DNA of 13,320 nucleotides from the NCBI GenBank assembly GCA_051294375.1, contig JBJCIZ010001556.1, positions 1-13,320 on the forward strand. The letters are read 5' to 3'. The notes under the pieces were generated by a model. That model had not been told where the DNA came from, did not search any database, and saw nothing but the letters and a program-made list of their open reading frames with translations. Below are positions 1 to 8,091 of this stretch, piece after piece. A program made the translations under genes and the position numbers. The DNA is from Paraspadella gotoi (lineage: Eukaryota; Animalia; Chaetognatha). How positions within the stretch are numbered: position 1 is the first letter of the stretch; each line of letters starts with the position of its first letter.

Positions 1-1
1 T

Positions 2-76
2 TTACACGATTCCGAGGAGAACGCTCACGTCAAGTTCTCGCCTCACGTCGACGCTGGAATGGGGACGGAAGTGTGA
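2..76 (+). CDS. Possible terminal coding exon fragment of a gene entering from the left (…LHDSEENAHVKFSPHVDAGMGTEV*)
   Basis: GC-rich, codon-like stretch open in frame 2 up to TGA at 74-76. It ends in T-E-V, a class I PDZ-ligand-type C-terminus, and is followed by AT-rich sequence with AATAAA at 402-407 and 762-767. Only 24 codons are visible, and GTGAGA at 73-78 could instead be a splice donor. Confidence 0.35.
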   Translation, partial: LHDSEENAHVKFSPHVDAGMGTEV

Positions 77-96
77 GACTCTGTGTCTCTTTTTTG

Positions 97-137
97 AGTC
101 TGACTCTGTCTCTATCTTAGTCTGACTCTGTCTCTAT
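97..137. repeat. Short tandem duplication, period 22 bp
   Basis: agtctgactctgtctctat occurs at 97-115 and 119-137. Confidence 0.8.
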
Positions 138-240
138 TTTACTGGGGTTTTTTTTTTTTAATTTTTAAACGCATTGTTCTTTCGTCTGTGATTAAGACTT
201 TTGTAATTTTTCTCTCTCTTTCTTTATGTTTTCTATTTAT

Positions 241-242
<2 letters not shown>

Positions 243-326
<84 letters not shown>
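243..326. repeat. (TC)n microsatellite, ~42 units
   Basis: Uninterrupted TC dinucleotide run. Confidence 0.98.
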
Positions 327-329
<3 letters not shown>

Positions 330-1877
330 CTCATGCCATTTTTTGACAAATTTGTTCTTTTACTCATTGGCGTCGTCGAACATTTTTCGGTGAGCGAGAA
401 AAATAAAATCATCGCATTTACTTTTTTTTATTTTTACATTTTCGTGATTTAATCCACAAGTGTTACACACGAATAGCCATTTGTTCTTTTTTTTTAAAGT
501 ACAAAAAGGAAACTGTTTGTTTGTAAATATAGAATCGCTGAGGGAATGGAACGAGTTGATGCATTAACATACAATTTTAGTTTTAAAAAATTAAAATAGC
601 CGCGCGTGTTGTTTCTTCACTGTTCATAAATTTGATTCAATAACCTTAAGATTTTAAAATTTACAATCTGTTAAGTACTTTTTAGCTGATAAATGTTTTT
701 TTATTGCTGTAAGATTTAATTAAAGGTACATATGTAAAAAAATCGTTTTTTTTCTAAATGTAATAAATCTCAAAACAACATTTTAAACAAGAAATCAAGT
801 ATTGTTTAATCAATTAATGAGACATTGTGAAGAATGAATCTATAAGATTTAAACTAAAAGCCCAAGCTCGTTCTATTCTCGATTTTAAATGTTGATTCTC
901 AATTTTGTTTTTATTTCGGTTTAAGTTCGGATGCTACAGATGTCGTTATATTCGTTAGTTGATTCCGTTGGTCGGCGGACAAAAGGGCAAGAGAATCAAA
1001 CTCGTAGTTTATGGAAATTGCAGGAACGACTTAGTATTCAACATAATAAGCAAATTTTAATTTAATTAAAATGATTTTTAAATTAAATTGTTTAACTATT
1101 TTTTAATTTTATAGAAAATAAAGAAGTTCTTTAATCTCAGTTTTTTCTTTTCAAATTTCATAAATACTTTTTAAATTGGCTTTTCTAGGTCCCGCGACTA
1201 GAGTTGAAAAAGGTTATTTTTTTAAGAAAATACAGTTTTTATGTTAAACTTTTTTTGCACCGAAATCTGAATTATCTAAATTTTGTTTGGGATTTTATGA
1301 AAGTAATTTTTTTTGTCAGTCGACCCATTGGATAGATTTGTATTGTACGGTTCTGCTGGTTATTCTAATTGTAAAATTCTTAATTTTGACATTTTCTTGA
1401 AAAACTAAATTAATGATTTAACCGAAAAAAAATACAACTGTTAAAATGCATTTATATTGAAAAAAAATCAATTATTTTATTTAAAAGTTTTTTTTTACAA
1501 ATAATATTTTAATTAATTAACGATCAACGCACCTACAATTACCGATTCGTATAACATTGATGATAATTTTTAAAGAAAAAAAAATATCGGTGATTTAAAA
1601 AAAACCCATTTTACTTAAAAAAAAAAAAACATCCGTACGATTAAAGAGAAAATAAAAACTGTACAATTGCATCTATATATACATACATCGTCGTTTCAGT
1701 TTATTTTTATCTTTCTGAATTAAAAAAAAAACTATTTCATTGTTAATTTTAAAGTTTTTATTGTCGAATATACAGGGCGTTTGAAATATGAAAAACAATT
1801 TATTAGTAAAAAAGGTAGACAGACAAACCAATATTCTGTGATGTCGGTCATATTAATTTGGGCTCGTAGCAGCGGCG

Positions 1878-3007
1878 TTATGCGTCTTTAGACCAACAGT
1901 CGCAGCATTTCCAGACGAAGAAGAAGACTGAGACCTAAAAGGATAAAGCCGCCAAGAGACAACGCCAATAGTGAAAAATTCCGGCGTAGACCGCGCTGGC
2001 AGTGATAATTCCAGCAAGGGCAAAGACCAGAGCGTAAGTGCTGAACCTGTTAACAGGATTTGAAAGTTATGTGGTGGCAGCAGTGAAAAGTGATAAAACA
2101 TTCTGCATTAAGGCGTAGTGAAAGTTATGTACGAAAAATTCTAAAGGTCAATTATGAACAACATACCATCAGTGAACATTAATTTGTAAAAAAAATTAAT
2201 TTTATGTTTTTTAATTTTCGCAGTAGGCTATATTTATATATAGTACTATCCTTATAAAAATCGAAAAATTTCAAAATAGGCTTTTCTTAATTTTGATTGC
2301 AGATTTGTATTCCTCGTCAAAAGTTGATAAAAGAAAATATAAATTATTTTTAAAAATTCTTTCATTAAGTGGGTTAAAAATTACAAAAACTATATTTAAT
2401 ATATAAAAAGTTAATTTTCAGCTTAAAATATAATTTTTCTAATTTTTGACCCACTTAATGAAGGAAATTTTTAAAAAGAGTTGTATTTCTTTTTATCACT
2501 TTTATGAGGAATCCAAATCTGCAAAAAAATCTTAGAAAAAACTGTTTTGAAATTTTAACATTTATTGGATTAGTACTAGTATAAATATGGCCTACTGCGT
2601 AAATTGTAAAATTTATTATAAATTTTTTATTACATAAATGTTCATTAGTATATGTTGTTCGTTCCTCACTTTTAGAATTTTAATTAAAGTTAAATTTTAG
2701 AAATTTTACTACGCCTTATTCTGCATTGTACAAGCAGCTCTCGGTACGATGTGTTAGAGAGAGTGATGAAAAAAAATACCAAATGACCAACCGGCTAAAA
2801 GTGATTAGTATATAGTTGTGAGAATAAAGACACACGCTGGGATCTGGATCAATGCTACTGAAACGAAAACAAGCTAGGTCTATCTATAGCATAGAGGATC
2901 GGACACACGAGTGAATTCGTAAGTTTCATCGAGCTTGTACGCTGCTTGATCGGTTTCGATTCGGCGGTAACCAATCAGTTTTCACCCAATCGCCCGATTC
3001 TTTGATC
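1878..3007 (-). pseudogene. Putative decayed 3' exon encoding a hydrophobic multi-pass membrane segment, interrupted by the foldback element
   Basis: Candidate acceptor tag| at 3010-3008. After removing 2109-2726, one minus frame reads …ETDQAAYKLDETYEFTRVSDPLCYR*T*LVFVSVALIQIPACVFILTTIY*SLLAGWSFGIFFHHSL*HIVPRAACTMQNVLSLFTAATT*LSNPVNRFSTYALVFALAGIITASAVYAGIF…VFFFVWKCCDCWSKDA*. GC is elevated versus the flanks, 2040-1980 has an RNY codon pattern, and minus-strand AATAAA lies at 1804-1799. The stop density is not below random expectation, so support is weak. Confidence 0.35.
2109..2718. mobile_element. Foldback/MITE-type non-autonomous DNA transposon (hAT- or Mutator-like), 610 bp, almost entirely palindromic
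   Basis: Left end taaggcgtagtgaaa (2109) matches the reverse complement of right end ttttactacgcctta (2718). The arms stay alignable inward (cgcagtaggc/gcctactgcg, tgcagatttg/caaatctgca, ttcattaagtggg/cccacttaatgaa) to a ~25-nt spacer near 2400-2423. Flanking direct repeat ttctgcat at 2101-2108 and 2719-2726, extendable to attctgcatt (2100-2109 and 2718-2727). Confidence 0.93.
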
Positions 3008-3070
3008 CTACTATTTGTTTTTTTTTTGGGGGGAAAGGAATTTATTTTCGATAATATCAGTTCTTCTTAC

Positions 3071-3121
3071 TTAGCATCTGACTGAGAGACAGTTTGAACC
3101 AATGGCTTCTGCGGAAGCACG

Positions 3122-3163
<42 letters not shown>

Positions 3164-3317
3164 GGCGGCCGGAGGCGGCTGAGAGATATTTTGAACCTCT
3201 AGTTTTTGCTGCAGTGGCGATGAACAGGTGGTCGCTGCGGCTGAAACAGCCGTGGCGGCGGCGGTGGCGGCGGCGGTGGCGGTGGCCAAGCACTACCATT
3301 CATATGAAGTCAAAAAG
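3071..3317 (-). pseudogene. Polyproline-rich exon (frameshifted in this sequence)
   Basis: Acceptor tttcag| at 3323-3318 and donor aa|gtaaga at 3070. Allowing three 1-nt indels, it reads SFLTHMNGSAWPPPPPPPPPRLFQPQRPPVSSPLQQKLEVQNISQPPP…PPPVLPQKPLVQTVSQSDAK. CCG/CCA variation in the repeat is at Pro third positions. Confidence 0.5.
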
Positions 3318-3386
3318 CTGAAACTAATATTTTCGGCTCACAATAGGAGAGAATGACTGAGGAGTATTAAGAACGTGTGTGTGTAT

Positions 3387-3409
3387 GAGAGAGAGAGAGA
3401 GAAGAGAGA

Positions 3410-3493
<84 letters not shown>
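3387..3493. repeat. Imperfect (GA)n microsatellite inside the putative 240-nt intron 3318-3557
   Basis: GA run with a few single-base interruptions, preceded by a short (GT)n. Confidence 0.95.
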
Positions 3494-3496
<3 letters not shown>

Positions 3497-3557
3497 ATGT
3501 CCGAGTTGACGGGCTATAAATAACTCCGCCATTAAGGGTCCCATTATTCTTTCTTAC

Positions 3558-3710
3558 CTCTTATCTAACTGAGAGACAATCTGAACCTCTGGCTGTATTG
3601 GTAAATTGCTTATCACTGTCCGTACAGTTGGTAAATCAACAGGCGGAACAACTGATTGAACGTTCCGTTGCCACTATTGGTTGTTGCACAGACAGTGACA
3701 ATGTTTTAAA
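3558..3710 (-). pseudogene. Pro/Val/Gln-rich exon upstream of the polyproline exon
   Basis: Acceptor ttcattag| at 3711 and strong donor ag|gtaaga at 3557. With one 1-nt indel it reads FKTLSLSVQQPIVQRNVQSVVPPVDLPTVRTVISNLPIQPEVQIVSQLDK. Its 3' end is homologous to the 3' end of the 3071-3317 exon. Confidence 0.5.
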
Positions 3711-3844
3711 CTAATGAATAAATACGAGCGAAGGGCGTTTGTACCATTATTGTTGTTGTTAAAATACTTTTTATTGTTGTTTTCATAACAAGAGAAGAGG
3801 ATCGAGGGCAAGAGTTATTTTGACGGTTCCATGATTCTGCAAGC

Positions 3845-3880
3845 TGATTGGTCGATGCCGGTTTGCATCTCGACCAATCA
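3845..3880. other. Short hairpin made of two inverted CCAAT-containing arms
   Basis: tgattggtcga (3845-3855) is the exact reverse complement of tcgaccaatca (3870-3880). Confidence 0.6.
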
Positions 3881-4027
3881 CGGTTCTGCTTCGATCGTGC
3901 GATGATAGTTTAAAACAATATTTTTTTAAGCAAACGTGTTAGTTTGAACAAAATGTTCAAATACATGAATCAACAGGAAACTATTTCTAGAGTTTTATAT
4001 CAGTCGCGGCTTACAGAGATAAGTATA

Positions 4028-4236
4028 TTTTTAGTTGCGCCGCGAGTACTCGCGAACAACTCTATAAGTCGCTTTTCGGTCGGTCCCTCGGTCGGTCGGT
4101 ATGTCTGTTCCTCGGTCGGTCGGTATGTTTGTCTGTCGGTCGATCGGGCCGTCGGTCCTCGGTCGGTCAGTATGTCTGTTCCTCGTTCGGTCGGTATGTC
4201 TGTTCCTCGGTCGGTCGGTATGTTTGCCCATCGGTA
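4028..4236 (+). mobile_element. Helentron-associated (HINE/DINE-1-like) element 5' part with GTCG-based tandem array
   Basis: T-run, then a hairpin (agttg…caact enclosing the perfect palindrome cgcgagtactcgcg at 4041-4054), then ctctataagtcg and a (GTCG/GTCT)-rich array. This order resembles the subTIR + GTCY-microsatellite layout of HINEs. The 3' end was not securely identified. Confidence 0.5.
4076..4235. repeat. Minisatellite, ~6 copies of a ~24-bp unit tcggtcggtcggtatgtctgttcc
   Basis: Units are directly visible from 4088 onward with substitutions. Confidence 0.92.
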
Positions 4237-4719
4237 AATTGTCATTGGTTAAGGGAGAAAAAAAAACCTCAAATCTAAGGGACTGCTACAGGATCGAACC
4301 TCACCCTCCGCCGCCGGAACCTACCCTCTTCCCGTTTTTTTCTCAGAATAAAAAAAAATACTTCCATTTGTTAAGCCACAAAACAATGAAATATTTTAAT
4401 ATTAATTTTTTTTTCAAAATAAGTATTACACATCATTCCTGGTAGAAAGGCATTAAATATAAACTCATTAACACACACATATATATATATATAAACTCAT
4501 AATATCTGAAAGATCTGAACAGAAAAGAGGTGGGAATGGATTAATTTAAGAGAGACGATGGACAGAGAGATTAAAATGATAGAGATATTTAAAAAGACAC
4601 ATAGACTGATAGACCGAGAAATTAAAAGTCGAAGACGAGAGAGAAAAAACGAGGAAAAGTCGAAAATGAAAGTCAAGAAGACCCGAGAGAGGAATTTTAT
4701 AAACGGTACATTTTGAAGT

Positions 4720-4721
<2 letters not shown>

Positions 4722-4791
<70 letters not shown>
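4722..4791. repeat. (GA)n microsatellite
   Basis: GA run with rare interruptions. Confidence 0.96.
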
Positions 4792-4793
<2 letters not shown>

Positions 4794-5367
4794 AAAGGCT
4801 TTCACGACATCCCGTGGAAAAGGCTATTTGACACACACACAACACAAAAATCCTTGGGCTCCGCTTCGCTTCAAAAAATCTCATTTGCATATTGCAGTAA
4901 CGAGTGGGATTTTTTAAATAAGAATTTCTTTAGGCGGACGACGACTTCCAGTTTTTAAATAAATTGAGAGAAAATGTAGATTATTTTTAGGAGAATGTTC
5001 GGCGTTCACAATACGACATTATAATAATGAAACTGTATTAATCGCTTAGTTTCCTACCAAGTTTAATATGATTGAATTCGATTTAATAATTTTTGAACAT
5101 ACATATTTAGATAAAATATTAACACTAACACTAAAACAAAAAATTCGCAAACAGTGAACAAGATAAAACGAAATTCTACATCTTTAAAAATCTTTTTTTT
5201 TTGTTTTAAAAAAACAAAGATGATTTGTTTTAAATTTAAAAAAGAATGTCATCTTGAAGTAAAATTGCAAATGTATGCAATAAGATTAAGATAGAAAAAA
5301 GGAATGAAAAAATTGCAAAAAAAAAAGAACCTTTCACTTTTGCCACATAATATTCCATATTTTGATT

Positions 5368-5379
5368 CACACACACACT

Positions 5380-5438
<59 letters not shown>
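5368..5438. repeat. Compound (CA)n + (TC)n microsatellite
   Basis: (CA)5 at 5368-5378 and (CT)n at 5384-5438. Confidence 0.95.
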
Positions 5439-5446
<8 letters not shown>

Positions 5447-5566
5447 TTTTCTAAAAATACAGAGAGAAATCTCTGTTTCCTCTGTTTTTGGTCATCAGAC
5501 TCTGGACGATAATCTGTCTGCCGAAGGGAACGACCGCGAGGGTGGCTCTTGTTGACACCGGCTCAC

Positions 5567-5731
5567 GTCGTTCGTCGTCGTCGTCGTCGTCGTCGTCTTC
5601 TTCTTCTTTATCATCAGGATCGTCGTGTTCATCGTCATCGTCGTCGTAGTCGTCGTTTTGGTCATCGTCCTCATTGTCAACATTATCATTGGCATCCCAT
5701 CATCAATCATCATCATCATCATCATCATCAT
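5567..5731. repeat. Degenerate (CGT/CTT/CAT)n trinucleotide tract
   Basis: Mixed gtc/ttc/atc triplets. Confidence 0.9.
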
Positions 5732-5838
5732 CTTTCGCCTCCGCATTTGACCGACTGTTTGACACCTAAAGTTTGAGTGCCAAACTCATCGAGAGTCGAG
5801 ACCCAGAATAGGCCGAGTGTTTATGCGGTCATTGTCCT

Positions 5839-5952
5839 TCGTCGTCGTCGTCTTTTTTGTTCTTCATCGTCGTCTTCGTCATCATCATCATGCTTAAGAT
5901 TTACGTCTTCGTTGTCGTCTTAATTATCATCATCATCTTCATCATCGTCATG

Positions 5953-5985
<33 letters not shown>

Positions 5986-6189
5986 GTCAAAATCATAAAC
6001 ATTGCGGTTGTCGTTCATCATCATCATCATCATCGTCATCATCATCATCATCATCATCGTCATCATCATCGTCATCATCATCATCATTATCATCATCGTC
6101 ATAATCATAAAAATTACGGTTGTCATCATCATCATCATCATCATCGTCGTCGTCGTCGTCGTCATCATAATCATCATCATTATTGTCCG

Positions 6190-6226
<37 letters not shown>

Positions 6227-6255
6227 TTATTGTTGTTGTCGTCGTCGTCATCATA

Positions 6256-6288
<33 letters not shown>

Positions 6289-6371
6289 GTCGTCGTCGTC
6301 ATCATAATCATTATCATAATCGTCATCATCTTGTCATCATCATCATCATCATCGTCGTCGTCATCATCATA

Positions 6372-6411
<40 letters not shown>

Positions 6412-6427
6412 TCTTCATCGTCATCGT
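5839..6427. repeat. Long degenerate (CAT/CGT)n trinucleotide tract, ~590 bp
   Basis: Mixed atc/gtc/att/ata triplets with several register shifts. Source of the poly-H/I/S/M/D ORF calls. Confidence 0.95.
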
Positions 6428-6953
6428 TGCCAGGCGACTAGTGTATTCCGCTTCAGGGTCGTTGACCGCCCACGCAATCCGCGTTGCTTTTTTTTTTCTG
6501 GGAATTTTTTGCTCTTTGCTTTTTTTTTTGCCTTTTTTCACTTTTGCTCTGTTTTACGTCAAACTTCGCTTATTCTTATGACAAAGAGTAGGCCATAAAC
6601 CTTTTCAAACTTCGAAACTGTTGTTGAATTTTTGAAATGGACTCATTTCCCGATTTTCACGTGAAATGTACAAAATTACAAAACGCGCACGTCTAATGAA
6701 ACCTCACCACAATTATTAACTAAAATGAAATCGCTATTACGGTATTCTCTGATCTAATACTAACATAATGTAGCGGTTCTTTAATCCAATTTAAACAGTT
6801 AAAAAAGATAATAGGGAAGTGAATAAACTAGACTATTATCTTATCTCCCAACAAAGTCTGCCAAATCTTATTTAATTAATCAATAAGCAAATTCTATATC
6901 GGGTTGTACCAATATCTTCAGCACATGTAAGGAAAACTATAGATAACCCCGCC

Positions 6954-6959
6954 AGAGAT

Positions 6960-6998
<39 letters not shown>
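6954..6998 (-). repeat. (TC)n tract at the LINE 3' end (tail or target microsatellite)
   Basis: (GA)n on + directly abuts the LINE 3' UTR. No poly(A) is present on the element strand. Confidence 0.8.
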
Positions 6999-7002
<4 letters not shown>

Positions 7003-7415
7003 TGAATATTGAAAGCAAAAGTGGGCTTGAGGCCAGTTTTTACACTACCTTTAAAGCTACGTTTTTGAGAAATTACTACTCATATAATAACAAGAACTGA
7101 TGTATTCTACTATTCTTCTAGTTTACAGATTGTGTGCGCTCTTTCTAATTCGCAATTTAAACATTTACTGGGGATGAGCATCGTTTCTAAACAACTCATG
7201 GTTTTATATCAAATTTGGTTAGCGTTCGATAGACAATTGCAAACATTATCTACATGCATAATTTCATCATAATCCGACAATCCGTTCAAAAGTAATCGCC
7301 AAAAAGCAATCGCAAAAATCGCTCTTCAAACCGATCAACTTTCCTTTAAAATCGAGCTCGTTTTGATCCAACAAAGATTAGTACTATGCGTTAGTACTAA
7401 GCTTTAGAATCGGCG

Positions 7416-7622
7416 CACAGTGAGATCCTGGGCCTGAATTTTTCAGAAAAAATCCTTTCAGTTAAAAATAAATTTTATTATATATGAATTATAAAATATT
7501 TTTTTAAAATTTATTTGAATATTAAAATAATTAAAATATATTTTTTTATAATTTTAAATAAATAAAATAAAATTATTTTATAATAAAATATATATTATTA
7601 TCAGATTATATAATAATAATAA

Positions 7623-7660
<38 letters not shown>

Positions 7661-8091
7661 TAATAATTATAATTAAAAAAATAAAATTAAAAAATAAAAT
7701 ATTTTATTTTATTATTATTATTATTTTATTATTATTATTATTATATTTATTATTATTTAAAATTAAAAAAATTAAAATTTTTTAAAATTTATTATATTTA
7801 ATATAATTATTATATTTTATTAAAATTAAAATTTTATTTTAATCTTATATTTTTAATTATATCATGATAAAAAAACTCGCAGTTTTAAAAAAATTAATTA
7901 ATTTTATTGTAAAATATATTTTTTTATACATATATATAATATATAGTACTACCTTTCTCAGATTAAATAAAAAAAAATATTTTTTAAAACTATAATTATA
8001 TTTATATAAATATTTTTTATATTATTATATAATAATGTAAAAAAATTTAAAATTTATTTTTCTAGCATTGGGACTCACAAGCAACACTGTG
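7416..8091. mobile_element. Transib/RAG-like non-autonomous element, 676 bp, nested in the hAT-like element
   Basis: CACAGTG at 7416-7422 and inverted CACTGTG at 8085-8091, flanked by CGGCG (7411-7415) and CGACG (8092-8096). AGAAAAA occurs 22 nt (left) and 21 nt (right) inside each heptamer. The ends bracket an abrupt, extremely AT-rich block. Confidence 0.72.
7605..7843. repeat. 239-nt tract with no G or C, including (TAA)n followed by (TTA)n
   Basis: No G/C between 7604 and 7844. (taa)n at ~7611-7666 and (tta)n at ~7709-7756. Confidence 0.9.

Noticed and set aside
1841-2063. Plus-strand signal-peptide-like reading (MSVILI…GLVAAALCVFRPTVAAFPDEEED*)
   Set aside because: It needs a frameshift, has stops, and is the in-register antisense of the minus-strand reading that matches the orientation of the nearby exons.
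2103-2726. Foldback element acting as an introner, spliced out using the CAG in its TSD
   Set aside because: A minus-strand CAG exists in the TSD, but there is no GT donor at the entry junction. Only a weak GC site gives an in-frame product.
1848-2981. Non-standard genetic code (TAA/TAG = Gln)
   Set aside because: The 518-codon ORF1 and the endonuclease region use only CAA/CAG for Gln with no internal TAA/TAG, and ORF2 appears to end on TAG.
3057-3321. ORF-track poly-Ala and poly-Arg proteins
   Set aside because: Alternative readings of the GGC/CCG tracts. Splice signals and the repeated motif favour a minus-strand polyproline frame.
4076-4235. CRISPR-like array
   Set aside because: Units are head-to-tail with no unique spacers, there are no cas genes, and the context is eukaryotic.
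3338-5555. SLSLSL, ERERER and SVGR/TDRP ORFs
   Set aside because: Translations of (TC)n/(GA)n microsatellites and the 24-bp minisatellite.
5545-5574. Retropepsin-like ALVDTGSRRS motif on the plus strand
   Set aside because: An isolated motif running straight into a microsatellite, with no gag, RT, integrase or LTR context.
5495-6581. His-, Ile-, Met-, Ser- and Asp-rich ORFs, including a possible poly-Asp acidic protein on the minus strand
   Set aside because: All derive from one (CAT/CGT)n tract. The Asp register shifts several times (e.g. 6331-6332) and contains a TAA, and CAT/CGT variation is equally explained by CpG decay. Not fully excluded given indel noise elsewhere.
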